Shown: piece by piece, positions 38,724 through 51,787 of the stretch
How the letters are laid out: every line of letters starts with the position of its first letter
Numbering within the stretch: the first letter of the stretch is position 1
NCBI GenBank assembly: GCA_037447605.1
Contig: CM074809.1
Span: 734,689-798,688 of the forward strand
Reading direction: 5' to 3'
Length of the DNA: 64,000 nt
Origin: Zygnema circumcarinatum SAG 698-1b
Lineage: Eukaryota; Plantae; Zygnematophyceae
Notes under the pieces: generated by a model
The model's input: only the letters and a program-made list of their open reading frames with translations
What the model was told of the DNA's origin: nothing
The model's database searches: none
Position numbers and translations under genes: made by a program

Positions 38724-40425
38724 CCCTTCTCTCTATACACTCTCAACCTTTGCCTCCAGTAATTCTTGATGCTGGAATGTGCAGGGTGAGTGGCTGGAAG
38801 TGCTTGGCTGCGGTGTGACTCAGCAGGCAATTTTGGAGAACTGTGGAGTGGGCGACAAGAAGGCATGGGCCTTTGGACTGGGCTTGGAGCGACTCGCAAT
38901 GGTGCTTTTTGATATTCCCGATATCCGGCTCTTCTGGTCAAGCGATCCTCGCTTTACCAGTCAGGTGAGAGAGGGGAAGAGGAAGGGAGTGGGGGGGGGG
39001 GAAGAGGGAAGGTAGAGGGGAGGAGGAGGGGGGGAGGGGGGAGGGCGAGGAAGCCGTCGTTTCTGGTCAAGCGATCCTGTAAAACGGTGTTATCTGTCTC
39101 ACGTATTGGTATCCAGGTAGTTCTTTTTTTTTTCAGCTCACAATACATATTTGAAACTTGTCGAGTTTGAGTGAGGAATTCGGGTTGAGGAAGTTCAGAA
39201 GGAAGGGTGTGAGCGGCGACTAATTGTTGACTAACTACCTTTTGTTTGTGATGAGGGCGGAATGCTCGCTTTGGTGAGCAATGTAAGGAAGCACTCTGCA
39301 TGGGATAGGAAGTGCGAACTGCTTCACATACTTTTTGGAGTTTTAACGTTCATCTTATTATGAAATTGTCGTAAAGTTGTTTGAACATTCTGGTCAGTTG
39401 TCTCATGCACTCTGTTTGGTTGTTAATCGTGAGCAGTTTAAAGCAGGAGAGCTCGGGCTAAAGTTCAAGCCCTTCTCAAAGGTGAGATGTCATGCATATG
39501 AAGAAACCATATACCTTTACTTCTCATGTTTTTTGGAGCTGGCATAGTTGATTCGTAATTTCTGCACTCCTGAATCTTCTCTGTGCTGAATCCTCTCCCC
39601 TCTTCTCTTTTCTCTCCTGCCTCCTCTCCCTCCTTGTCTTCTCTCTCCTCCTTTCCTGTTTCCTCATCTCTCATGTTTTGCTTGTCGATGAGCGGGATTT
39701 CCCTGCAGAAAGGAGAAGTGCAGTTGCAAATATTGAAACTAAACGTATTAACTTATTGGTTTTTTCATAAATGTTTTTGGCAGTATCCTGCGTGCTATAA
39801 GGATGTCAGTTTCTGGATCAGTGACGACTTCACAGAGAACAACTTCTGTGAGGTTGTACGCGGCTTGGCTGGAGATTTGGTTGAACAGGTACTCACAGTG
39901 ACACACAGAGGGAGATAGAGGGGGGGGAGAGAAAGAGAGGAAGAAATAGTGACAGGGAGAGAGAGAGTGAGGTGGCCCTGGACGAAGGAAGAAGAAAGAA
40001 AAAAAAGGGGGGCGGCAGAGAGTGGAGGGGAGAGGAGAGGGAGAGAGTCTGAAGTTTATTTTTGCTACATGCCAATAACGAAGGGGCCTGTTGTGTGATT
40101 TTTTGTGTTGTGGGGGCAGGTGAAGCTGATCGATAACTTCACAAACAAGAAGGGCATGACCAGCCACTGCTACAGAATAACTTACCGGTCAATGGAGCGC
40201 AGCCTAACAAATGAGGAGATTGATGAAATTCAGGTGAAATTGCCTTTCTCTCCCTCCCTTCCTCCCTCCCACCAACTCTCCCAGTACCCCTTCCCCTCAG
40301 CTCCCTCTTTCTTTATTTGTTGTGTGTGATTCCTCATTCCTCTAAAGTGAAACCGGAAGGGTCTGTGGTTGCAGGGGAAAGTTAGGGAAGCGGCTGTTGG
40401 AAAACTGAGTGTTACCTTAAGGTAG
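36523..40425 (+). CDS. Phenylalanine--tRNA ligase, chloroplast/mitochondrial (monomeric), multi-exon
   Basis: Ser-rich transit peptide; [19 protein letters not shown]; LRCHTSAHQ; [22 protein letters not shown]; [14 protein letters not shown]; [25 protein letters not shown]; FDX-ACB domain [11 protein letters not shown]...YRSMERSLT. Confidence 0.96.
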
Positions 40426-42307
40426 CTCTCTGTGGGTTTGAGAGATGGGAGGGAGGGAGGGAGGGAGGGAGGGGGGGGGGGGGGGGGAGGAAACTCTTCT
40501 AGAATAGAGAAACAGTGTTGACTGATGTCGACTTTACAGAGTTCTCTTTTGAGGGGATCATTACTTTAAGGAGTTTTAGTCAACAGTAGCGAATAGGAGG
40601 TGCAGCGCTTGTAGTTGAGAAGTCTCTTCAGGATGTATTGTAGGCAGCCAGTCATGGCTCTTCTTCCGGAAGGGGAATCCTTGGCCCCTTGGATGGATGT
40701 TAGCTTCAAGGAAGGGGCTGTTACAATTCGGCTCGTCTTGTGATATAGCCTTTGTTTTCTTTTTTACTCAATTACTCGAGTTTATGGTGTCATGCGGTTT
40801 GATGCATGGAGCCATGTGACATGTGCAAGGTTTGATTTAGTGATGGTTCCAAACCAACACTGGTCCTAAACCTTAGTCACAACACTCGTCATAACTTAAT
40901 CACAGCACTAGCTACAGTCCTAAGCACAAATGTAGTCAGAACCTCAGTCACGATTTCAGATCATACACAAAAGGTTTGGTCTCAAGAATAGACGAGTCCC
41001 TTCAGCCATGTTAAAATCTTAAACCAGGAAACCCTACAAACCTAAACTTTGAACTCTAAACATTTAAGTCATGAAACATTTGTTGGATTCGCTCAAAGGC
41101 CATGCAGAGCTCAAGAAACCGGCTCCAATTCACAGGCTTGCAGGCGCCAGCTTGCTACTGAAGAAAACTAAACCATAAGAAGAATTACACTTAAGTAAAG
41201 TCCATGTTTCAAAATTTCGAATGTACAAAGGACTGCGCTGCCTCCTCCCCCGAGCCAGCAAGAAGAGAGCCTATGCCGGAAACCCTAAAATTTGTGAACA
41301 CTAAAAAGCACTGCGGACGACTCTATGCAAGGTTTGGACTGTACCACTTTCTACTCTCTCTTGGGGGAAATTTTCCTCCACACTAATGGACTGCTATGGA
41401 CTGCTCTGCTGCTTTGGTCCCTTCTCCTTCTCTCTCCCTCTCCTCTCCTCTCCTCGCCTCTCTCTCTCCCCCCCCCCCCTCCCTCTCTCTCCTCCCTCTC
41501 ACAAAACTACAGCAGCGTCCTTCACTACTTGAGATAAAAATGTCTTCTCCTCGAAACCATAACACTGCTCCTCGATACAGTGTACAGCAGCACCTATCCT
41601 AAAAGGCCTACATCTGCAAAAGAAACATCTAGAACTTAACATCAAATTGCTTTAAAACCTTAAAAGGAAACCCTAACCTTTTTTAAAGTCCCTAATAACT
41701 TTTCTTGTCCCCTTTGTGCAACGCTTGGAGTGCACACTGTAGACATAAAATTGGACCCAATTCCAGGCCACGAGAAGCAGCCAGGAAGGGCCTGTTATCT
41801 CTACCACTACTGACCGCCTGCATACATATTCCTACTACCCAGGTGAGCCACACGTGATGAATAATTCCTGAGGTCTAAAGCTTAACACTTACAGGAAGAT
41901 TACAACTAGATTACACGTCTTCCTCTTTTCTCTTTCCTCTTTTAAAGCTTGATAGACTTTAAATTATGCAGATTTAGAGGTTCTATGTTGACCTGTTCTG
42001 TTTCGAAGTTCCAATAACAGAGACTGGCACAACTTCGTGACATATAACTGCTTCCGCATTCTTTCCCCATAGGACAGACAGAGCTGGCGAGTTGCCAGGT
42101 CTCCCTCTCTCCCCTCCCTTTCCACCCCTCTCTCCAAGCCCAACCCCCTCCTCTCCCTCCTCTCCCTCTCTCCCTCTCTCCCTCTCTCCTTCCTACCCCA
42201 TCTCATACGAATGCCACTTTAGTGACCACTTCCTGTGCTGGTTTTCGAACAACTTTCGGGTCAAACGAGATCCACTTCTCCCCTCCCTCCCTCCCTCCCC
42301 TCTCCTC

Positions 42308-43243
42308 TCACAGAACCTCCCCAGAAACAGAGTGCCACTTCCCTCTCACCTCCGCCTCTACCTCCTGCCGATAGGCCTCCCCCCCCAGCCTTGCCAGCGC
42401 CCCCCAAAGCATCTCCCTGCTGATCCCCACCCCTCCCACAGCTACCACCGGATCCAGGTCCATATCATACTGAGACCCCCCCACCTCCTCTCTCCCTTCT
42501 CCTTCTTCCTCTCCCACTCTCTCCTCCACACCAAACCCTCCCACAATCCCCGCCTCAAGGTCAATTGCTACGTCTGGGACGGAGGGGAGGGAGAGCCCCC
42601 CCCCTCCCTTTCCCCACACCCGCATGCCCCATCCCACCATACCTCCTCCCTTCCTTCCTCCTCCTCCTCCTCCCTCTCTCTCTCCCTCTCCCTCACCGAG
42701 GACCTCCACTATGGGACAGAGCGCCTTTGCCGGCCCCGCGTCGATAAGGACCCGCAAGATGCGCGCCTTTATTCGATTTGCTTCAGCGGGAAGCATGGGA
42801 GAGGAGGCAGCCATGGCTGCCAGCTGCTGCTGCTCAGCCTCCAGCTGGCCCCTCATGGGGCTTCCCGGAAGCTTCCTCAGGAGGGGCAGGCAGTGCCTAC
42901 GGTCGGCGGCGAGGAAGAAGGAGAGGACCTGCTCCGCGGAAGTTTCCCGCGGCTTCACGACAGCTGTCACCTTCCTATTGGCCGCCATGGCCTGCCTCAG
43001 CCCCTTGGCCATTACTCGCGCCCAGCGGGTCCTGCGGGCGTGTTTGTCTTCTTTCGGGGGAAACTGCCACCTCTGGACGGCGCGCTTTGTCGTCGTCTGG
43101 GGGAGGCTGTCCTGGGGGACGAGGACCTTGTCGGGGGCCCATCGTACGAGGAAGGAGGCGAGGAGGGCGGCCATGGCGGCGAACAGGCCCGCGGCACTCA
43201 GCAGGACCTCCCATCGCAGGACGCCCACCATGGCGGCCACCAT
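42308..43243 (-). CDS. Hypothetical protein, 311 aa, with N-terminal hydrophobic anchor
   Basis: Open GC-rich ORF with ATG context GCCATGG, downstream of a telobox-like AACCCTAAA (~43261), a GA-rich leader and a CpG island (43620-44220). No family recognised. Confidence 0.55.
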   Translation of the reverse strand: MVAAMVGVLRWEVLLSAAGLFAAMAALLASFLVRWAPDKVLVPQDSLPQTTTKRAVQRWQFPPKEDKHARRTRWARVMAKGLRQAMAANRKVTAVVKPRETSAEQVLSFFLAADRRHCLPLLRKLPGSPMRGQLEAEQQQLAAMAASSPMLPAEANRIKARILRVLIDAGPAKALCPIVEVLGEGEGEREGGGGGGRKGGGMVGWGMRVWGKGGGGLSLPSVPDVAIDLEAGIVGGFGVEERVGEEEGEGREEVGGSQYDMDLDPVVAVGGVGISREMLWGALARLGGEAYRQEVEAEVRGKWHSVSGEVL

Positions 43244-45073
43244 GGCTGGAGTGTGACCTCAACCCTAAAAAAAATAATCCTAGACACTATCGATCAGCGC
43301 CGGGGCTCATTCTCTCCCGCCTTCGTTTCCTCCTCTCCCGCCCCTCTCCTGTCTCTGTATCCCTCTACCTCTCCCTCTCTCTCTCCCTCTCCCTCTCTCT
43401 CTCCCTCTCCCTCTTTCTCCCTCTCCCTCTCTCCCTTCTCCCTCACTCCTCTGCCCCTCTCTCCCTCTCCCTCCCTCCCTTCCTCCCTCACTCTCTCTCT
43501 CCCTCTCCCTCTCCCTCAATAACGATCTCCCTCCCTCCCTTCCTCCCTCACTCTCTCTCTCTCTCCCTCTCCTTCTCCCTCAATAACGATCACCCTCCCT
43601 CCCTCCCTCCCTCCCTCGGCCGTTAGAGGCGAGCCGGGCGGAGGGTCCCTGAGCTCCCCCCGGCGACAAGGCGGGCCGCCACCTGGCGCCCAAAGAGAGG
43701 CTCCCCGGCGGTCCATACGGGGCCCGGTTTGGCGGGAAACTGCCACATGGCGTTCGCCCGTTCGTCCACTGGCGGCGCCGGCGCAATCCGATTGGCTGCG
43801 GCCACCGTGGGCCGCCACGCTCGCCAATGGCAGGCGCGTGGACGGAAAATTGTACGGACGGCCGGAAGGCCGGACGGCCCAATGCGGGGCGAGGATGCCG
43901 ATCATACGGACCGTACAGTTGCGGCGGTCCCAACGTGGTCATCGTAGGTCGGTGGAGCGAATCAAATATCGACACGGAGACTATCGGTGACCGCTAGACG
44001 ACAATTTTTTTTGTCGGCGGGTATGTCGGTGAAGCTGCAGAAGACAAAAGTCGGTGTCCGACTTTCTCGTGAAATCGCGTGACGTGACAGGGTGTCCGAT
44101 GGACCGTCGGTTTGGAAATCGACGGTCGACGGCGTTCAGACCGTTTCGGCAGAAGCGGAAAAATCGCCACGTGGCAGTGAATCGAAGACAAGTGTGACGG
44201 GCGCACGCGATTGGTCAAAGGGAGGGTGCATCTGGGAGAGGTTGAACTGTTTCAGGAGGAATCTGTTTGTGGAAGTACATTGCACGTGTCAGGTGGTTTG
44301 TCGTTATTAGGTTTGTTGCTATCAGGTGGCGCACAGTGGTTGTCCAGTGTGGATTTCACCTGAAACGTTCAGATAGCTGAAGCGCTCTCAGCCAATGGGA
44401 ACAATTGCAGGCGAGACCTACCGGAGCTCCCCATCTGAGAAATGTCACACGTGGCAACCAGCTATTGGTCCAGCTCAGCAGTAGCCTTTGACCTACCCTA
44501 CCCTACCCTACCCTAGGAGTCTACGACCCTCCCAAGGATTTCCAAATTTCACATACGGTACTTGTTTTTTCCGCACCAGATGGAGCAGATATGTAAATTT
44601 TCTTATCATTGTTTTGATTTTGGGATTTTACGGAACTGCGTTACTTCGCATATAGTCGGCAGTTTCAGTTTTGGGTTTTTAGGGTTTTTAGTTTCCCCTC
44701 AGTAACAGTCGAAATTTCGTGTTGCTGAGTGAGTGCCAGTGCAGAAAGTACTGTTTTTTTTTTTTTCCTTTTCTACAAGGAAAATGAAACATTAAGCACC
44801 AAGTGAAAATGACAACAAAACGAACACCATTATATAACAAAAAAAAATCATTCTCATGATTAACTTGAATAGAAACAAAGTCCCTACGAACGGCGCACTT
44901 TCTGCTGCGACTGCTCAGAGCCGCCCAGAGAGAGTCCGTTCACACGTGTGGAGGGGGGTTCCCTTCACTCACTCTCAGGGCCCTCCCTCCCTCCGCCAAA
45001 AGCTCTCAACACTGACCGGAAGCTGACCCTAAATTTTGCTGAATGAAGTCTGAATGCTTTTTTGGCTTTTTCC

Positions 45074-48000
45074 TTACACGGTTGAAAGTTCCTGCACACA
45101 TTCAGTTTCGGTAAAGTGAGAATCAGTCTCTCGCCACTGTTCACTATCTGTCTGTCTGTCCCTCTCCCTCTTTCTCTCTCAGCAAACTGTAGCCCTGCAA
45201 TACGTTCCTGGATAATAGCGTGCGAGCTTGCCTCCCTCTCTCTCTCTCTCCTTTTCCCCTTCCCCTTTCCTCCTCCCCACACCCCCTGCCCCTCTCTCAC
45301 ATTCCTACTCCCTCTCCCTCTCCCTCTCATCTCCCGCTCTCCCGCCCTCCCGTTCCCTCTCTCTCTCCTCCTCTGTCCGTACTCCCTCTCCCTCTCTTCT
45401 CCCGCTCTCCCGTTCCCTCGCTCTCTCCCCCTCTGTCCGTACTCCCTCTCCCTCTCCCTCTCATCTCCCGCTTCCCGTTCCCTCTCTCTCTCCCCCTCTG
45501 TCCGTAGTCCCTCTCCCTCTCCCTCTCATCTCCCACTCTCCCGTTCCCTCTCTCTCTCTCCCTCTGTCTGTCCATATTCAGACAGCAACTCCTTCAGCAA
45601 TGCACCTTCAGAGCCATGCCATACTCTACTTGAGGCCTCCTTCGACTCACCTTCTCTTTGCCCTTCATGAGCGTGTCCACTTTCTTCACATATTCGTCTG
45701 TCAATTTCTGAAAAGCAAGATAAGAATCGACCAGCATGCTTCATTATATAGTTCAGCAATGGGTCACATACAGCCTATAGCTGTGAAGTTCAGGAATCGC
45801 CATTCAAGTAAAGACCTACTCTTGATAAAAACATCAAACCCAAAAGAAAGCATTTGTCGCACGTGAGCCAATTTGAACGGATTAGGCCCATTTTTGTATT
45901 TTATTTTTATTTTACAGAGGGATGAATTTACCTGAATATCGTCTGTTAGCGACTTCAAATTGTCCGAGGAAAGCTTCTTATCCTGACCCCCATCGTCCGC
46001 AGAAGTTGTGAAAAAATGGTCGAAAGACAAAGAGTACAAATAGGCAATAGCAACAAGGAAATGCCGATAGAAATAGGATAAAGTGAGAGAATGCAGAGTC
46101 GGAAAAAGATACCTTCTCCAATTTCTCATATGCTTTGATGGCATCCCTCCTCACGTTTCTCAGGGCGACCTGGACAAAAGGCCCAAAAAAAAAAAACGAC
46201 GGAAATAATGAAACTTTCAACTGTCTCTGGAAGCGAACTGTCTATCTTCGAGAAGGGGTTTACTTAAAAGAAACTCGAAATTTTCAGGAGGGAGAGCGAG
46301 GGCAGGTGAGAGAGAGACAGCGAGAAGGGGAGGGGGAAGGAGAGATAGAGAGAGAGAGAGAGAGGGGGGGGAAACAGGAAGGAGGAGGAAAAGGGAGGAG
46401 GTAGGGGCTCATAATGCTCACTTTGCCATCTTCAGCGAGTCTCGAAACAAGCTTTAGGAGCTCCTGCCCTCAGAATCCCAAAAGCCAAAATTCAAGAACG
46501 TAAATGTGAGGCCGCATTACAAGAATAGTATGTCGAATAGATCTTCAATTGCAGATGCCCCAATTCACCGTAGGGAGAAGAAGGTAGGGAGACAGAGAGC
46601 GCGAGAGAGGGAGAGAGGAGGGGCGGCGTCTCTTTTCTCCTTTCCCTAATAACAAGCCTTCAGGAAAGGTCCTTTCAATTCTATGCTATTTTTCATCTTA
46701 CGATTCCTACAACCAAGTCCTAAGGTATTATTGGGCACAGGAAGGCCTACAATTCTCGAAAAGATAAAGACACGTGGTAAGTATTCCTGGATAAATCTCC
46801 CACACCCTCTCGCTTTCCACATCTCTCTCTCTCTCTCTCTTTCTCTTTCTCTCTCTCTCTCTCTCTCTCGCTCTCGCTCTCTTCCCACAGCGCCCACCTT
46901 TCTTCTGTCAGCGGTGAGCTGCGGGACACTCAGTCGGATGACGGATCCATCATTGCTGGGAGTAATTCCAATATCGGATTTGAGAATAGCTTTTTCGATG
47001 CTCCCAAGACTGAATTATTTTCATTCAAACATTTCAGAAAGTTAGAACTGCAAGCAGTTTCCTTCCGTATTTTTCGACATTTTATCAGCAATACAGCTCT
47101 AGCAAACCGTACTACAAATGCAGAGCTGCTGTGGGATATTGTATGAAATGGGCGCTCCTACCACTCAATTTTGGGCTCGAAGATAGAAGAGGACTTGACT
47201 CGAGAGTCAGATACTTTGAATTTATCCCTCACCTTGACTTGTCAAAAGGAGTTATCATAATTGTGCTCCCATCAGGTGTTGACACCTGTGCGATAGTTCT
47301 CAAATTTACAGGCGAGCCATAGTATTCGACCTGTAATGGCAATAAGGAAAAAGCCAATGATTTCAGAGTGTGATTTCTTGTCATAAAAAGTATTCCAAAT
47401 TTACATGCATCTACGGCAGACACCCACCCAAGTTGTATAGGAACAGAGCTATATACATTTTCTTTTTGGGATTTTTAAAAAGAGTTTTTTTAAGCAAGAT
47501 ATATATCTACAACATACGTGGACCCACCTCCACTCGGTCAAGAAGAGAAGGACTTGCTCGGCCTGTTCGTACTGTGTTGAAGTTTCCTTTCACAGACTCC
47601 AACGTCTTTTCCATCCGTTCAAACTGTAAGAGGGGCATGGCACCAAGATAAAGGCACCCGCGAAATTAAGTTTCACGAATTCGCTTCTCCGTTTGTTTTA
47701 AAAAAGAACGTCTCTTTTCACAATCGTACTGGCCGGAGTATTGGTCGATGGAAGTCATTAGGTGTTTTTTGCTTCTAAGGGTTTAGATATTGAACAATTC
47801 TATCGAAGGCGCTGTGGTGAGCTAGTACATACAGGTTAGACTTAAAACTGTACAGATTTGAGAGGACCAATACTGTTTCTAGCCGACTAAAATTCAAAGA
47901 ATAGTTCTATGACCAGTTCACAATATGGTCAATTCGATGGATGATTCAATGAAGAGGGAGAGAGACGTTGGAGGGAGAAGGGAAGAGCTCGGACATACTG

Positions 48001-49156
48001 CATCTGCCTCAATGAGCTCCTTCTCAGCCTCCACCTCTTCTGCAGTCGCGCAACGGCAAGGTGCTGATGGCAACCTGCAACCCCATCAAAGCGATTTACA
48101 CTTCTTCAAGATAGGTCAAACAGAAGATGTACAACGTGCTTCCGTATTGAGGTTGATTTTTTGACGACAGGACCTGACATATACCCACAACCTGCATGCA
48201 TTGTGTTGTCTGCCCTTGCCTGTCTTGTGCAGACATCTTCACAACACACGGCCAAAGGGAGAGGCCATTAAGGTAGCATATACAAACAACAATAACAACA
48301 ATAGAACAATAGTTTTTGCCTAAACACGGGGACAAAGCTTGCTTCTTGCAACTTCAATATCGGTTGAAATTCCTTCATGTTGAACAAAGTTTCTATGTTA
48401 ATTAAACGAAGCAGCTTCAGGGTGCATACCAGCTATCGGCATTGTAGTCTCAGAAACGTCAGCATAGAAACTCTAATATTAGACCACTTACATGTGTGGT
48501 TCAAATAAAGTCACTGCAACTGATGTGATTTACGTGCATGTTCCAAGTTTCTCCCACCTTGCCAGTCATATGCCTAGCCTAAGTCCTACATTCATCCGTG
48601 CCCACAACCAATACTGTTTAGAAATAATCGATCCTTTCTCGTCGTTTAGGATTCTAATTCTCCTACACTTCTCTCCTACTCTTCTCCATTCACTGCTACG
48701 CTCTCCATAAAAATTTCATACCTCCTCCCTAGTCGAAGCGGCTTCCCATGTAAGCTCAAGCTCACACCGCGCCATTCACGTCGCGACAGCTGGCAGCTCG
48801 CTGATAGAACTTCCGTTCCTGCGCATTTCGTGAAACTGCGAGCCTCTGCGCTCCATTGCGCCGTGGGCACCCTACCTGAGAAGCTCCCACAATGTACGGA
48901 ATTAGGGCGTTTGCTGATTAACCTTCACTCTTTAGAGGAAGACATCATAGCACCATGCGTGCAGCGAATTACGATTATCGTACGGAGAAGCAAGTGAATG
49001 CAGAATGTGTTCACGGAAGAAGAAAGCCATGTCTTGAAAATCTGCAACTCGATGAAAGGCTGCAGTTTTTTAGATTAAACAATTATTGTTCATTTCAATG
49101 AGACGCTGCCTGAGCTCACAGGAGGTGCGGAGGAGGACTGCTCCAGCTCCCGCCAT
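45074..49156 (-). CDS. RRF: Ribosome recycling factor, chloroplast, multi-exon
   Basis: [41 protein letters not shown]; [24 protein letters not shown]; [20 protein letters not shown]; [11 protein letters not shown]; final 18-nt exon ELSTV*. Confidence 0.94.
45230..45575. repeat. CT-rich ~60-65 bp tandem repeat in the last RRF intron
   Basis: CTGTCCGTA anchor at ~45373, 45433 and 45498, with a variant at ~45567. Confidence 0.8.
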
Positions 49157-49752
49157 GGCCGCTGCCGCCCAGTCGCAGAGGAAGAGAAAACCCTAAAATG
49201 GGGCGCACTGATTCTGCCACGTGTCGCCTGCTTTGCGGAGCAGAGCAGAAGTGACCCCGCCCTTCCTATAAAAGGCTTTGCGTCGGTGCAGTTGCCAGCT
49301 ATTCACATGTGCGAGATTCCCGTCCTGTTACATTTATTTCTGCAGTTTCTTCCAGTTTCCACCGTTCAACTGCCTAATGGAAGTGTACGGATTTTTATAA
49401 CTTTGAAATTTCTTTTACGGTTTTCGTACACATTGGCGGTCGTAAAAATTGAACAAGCTTTTAGCGGCTTAAATAAATATTGCAGTAACGTATCGGATAT
49501 ATCGTATCGTAAAAATATGATCGTATGTATCGTATCGATACGCGATATATCTCAAACCTTGCAGGTTGCAGGTCTCTCTCCTGTCATCCTCTTCTCTTCT
49601 ACTCTTTTCTTCCAGGGAAGAATCTGTTTGGGGATATTTCTGAGGTCCTTTCTCCTCCATACATCATCTCCATGAGCCTCTGAAGAATTTGTTAAGGCCT
49701 TTTCTTAAGGAATTATTCAGCTGCATATACAGAGCAGGAGCCCTGTCTGGCT

Positions 49753-51000
49753 ATGCTCATTTGTGCCTCTTCATTCGCGGTGCCTCGGGCCCTGTATCAA
49801 ATATCTCGCACTTCCGCACCTTTCAAGGCCTCGACGACCCTCCATGCGCTCCCCACAGAAATAGGAGAGACTCTTTCTGTGCATAGAAATTTGTGTCTCG
49901 CAGTCAGGACCAATCACAGGAGGAGCCTCCGCCTGCACCTCCCCCCTTCTTCCTTGCAGTTGCGTCAGGGAGGCTTCTGCAGGCAAACGGGGCAGAGAAT
50001 TAACTTCTCAACGCTGACTCTCTTGAGAAATTCAAATAATTTGGAAGGCACGTCTCCGCACAGAACGCATGGCCTTTCTGCCTGCAAACATGAAGGGATG
50101 CAGACGTGGTTCAGGAGCCGGCGGAGGATTCCCCTGAGTTCAGAACCTGAGCTTCTTCATAGATTTTTAGGGGAAGATATTAGCTCTCGATTCATGGCGC
50201 TGCATATCCCTCACTGTGGAGACTTGCAAAGTGAAGAGACAACGGATCGGTTCGTGACACCTGGTGAGCTCAAGAACGTCCTAGGGTTGGCCACGTGGCT
50301 GGAGGAGAGGCTGCCAGGCGGCAGGGTCCAGCTGCAAGCCTGGGGGCGGACACCTGGCACTAAGCGAGTGGGAAATCTTTGGGGGGAATTGATTGATCGA
50401 GAAATCTTATTAGAGGATGCGAACCCTCCGAAACGAACAGTTCATGTCGCCTCTGTGAAAATTCGGAGTTCGGATGACAGAGTATTGATGGAATCACACC
50501 AGGAGATGGAGACTGGGGAGCTTCGTTACCGAAATCAGCTTTTAAGTGAGAAAATGAGAGCGGGAGAGGATGTGAGTGAGGCGTGCTTTAGAGGCATATT
50601 TGAGGAGTTAGGAGAAGTTCTTGGAGCCAGGGAGAGGGTGAGCCTCCTGCCGGAATCCTACTCAATGAAGGAGACGGAGAGAGAGTCTTTCTCTTATCCG
50701 GGCCTTTTGACCAGATACATTGTTCATACTGTTTGTGCTAGCGTGGACGGTTTACCAAATGAAGATTTTTCGACTGTGGAGGAGGAGAAGCGGAGCTTGG
50801 AAGCATCGAGGGACGAGTTTTTGAAGGTGGAGCAGGATAGAGAGAAGGCCGAAAGGGCTTACATTAAGTTAAGTAGTGGCGATTCTCTTGCTGAGAATGG
50901 GAACGTTTCTGGAGTCGGAGAAGGGGTTGAGAGGCTGGAAGGGGCTGTGGGAGTTAAAAGACATTTTTGGGTTTGGAGGAAAGATTCTGTCGTGTCTTGA
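49753..51000 (+). CDS. Plant Nudix-hydrolase-like protein, single coding exon, probable organellar transit peptide
   Basis: 415-aa ORF; WGRTPGTKRVGNLWGEL...PPKRTVHVASVKI; LSEKMRAGEDVSEACFRGIFEELG (Nudix-box-like); SFSYPGLLTRY; HFWVW. TATAAAA at ~49267. Confidence 0.85.
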   Translation: MLICASSFAVPRALYQISRTSAPFKASTTLHALPTEIGETLSVHRNLCLAVRTNHRRSLRLHLPPSSLQLRQGGFCRQTGQRINFSTLTLLRNSNNLEGTSPHRTHGLSACKHEGMQTWFRSRRRIPLSSEPELLHRFLGEDISSRFMALHIPHCGDLQSEETTDRFVTPGELKNVLGLATWLEERLPGGRVQLQAWGRTPGTKRVGNLWGELIDREILLEDANPPKRTVHVASVKIRSSDDRVLMESHQEMETGELRYRNQLLSEKMRAGEDVSEACFRGIFEELGEVLGARERVSLLPESYSMKETERESFSYPGLLTRYIVHTVCASVDGLPNEDFSTVEEEKRSLEASRDEFLKVEQDREKAERAYIKLSSGDSLAENGNVSGVGEGVERLEGAVGVKRHFWVWRKDSVVS

Positions 51001-51787
51001 TGACAGCGATGTGCATATGCAGGTTAACATTCAGATGATTTTAATATAATAGAACAGTAGATTTTTAAAATTGGGCATTGAACACAATCCTTTAAAAAAA
51101 AAAAAAAAACCATTGCTGATCTTTATGGACTTTATTTGAGTGTGAACAGAAAGGGCATGAGACAATCCTTCCCTCCTGTCTACCTCCCTTCTTCCCATCG
51201 GGAGAGTTTGAGGGCTGCTGAGTACTTTCCTTCACAATTCAGATGGTCGATTTCGGTCTCTACATTATTAGCCATTGTCAATCATACTTCTAAGTCCCAA
51301 GCGCCCTAAGGCCCGTACAGCCCTACACAGCCCTAAGCGTCCCCAGCAGCTCCCAAATCGCGCCCCTTCCGAGTCCTTGCATGCAACCAACAAGATAGCC
51401 AATTTTTCTGATCGATCCCAAAATTGGAGTGCTTGTCAAGGGTCCACTGTCAAGCTGCTCCTTGCAACGCACATAGTCTCCGCTTTTCCACTATTGAGCA
51501 CTAAACGACTATGGGATGGCACCCGGAGGGCCAAAGCATCTTGGCAGGAACGCGAGGCTCTGAGACCTAACTCAGGCCCCTTCAAGTTAAGACTACCCCA
51601 CAAACTCTGTCGACTTACTACAGCAGGAAGCTTAAGCTCTTTACGCGTAAATTAGGTTGCCAAATACCCTACATATGTCATATGGCATACGCTATTCCAG
51701 CCAATTCAGGGAGAAAAAGTAGTGGGACACCTGCCGGTGGATTGGGGAACCCTTTGGCTTCCTTCCTGAAGCCCTCTCACGCGTTAA

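Noticed and set aside
42092-43626. Plus-strand 476, 282 and 210 aa ORFs
   Set aside because: They are low-complexity antisense shadows of the GC-rich minus-strand ORF and CT tracts.
49488-49552. GTATC-rich imperfect palindrome resembling transposon subterminal repeats
   Set aside because: No TIR or TSD is identifiable, and it is too short to call.
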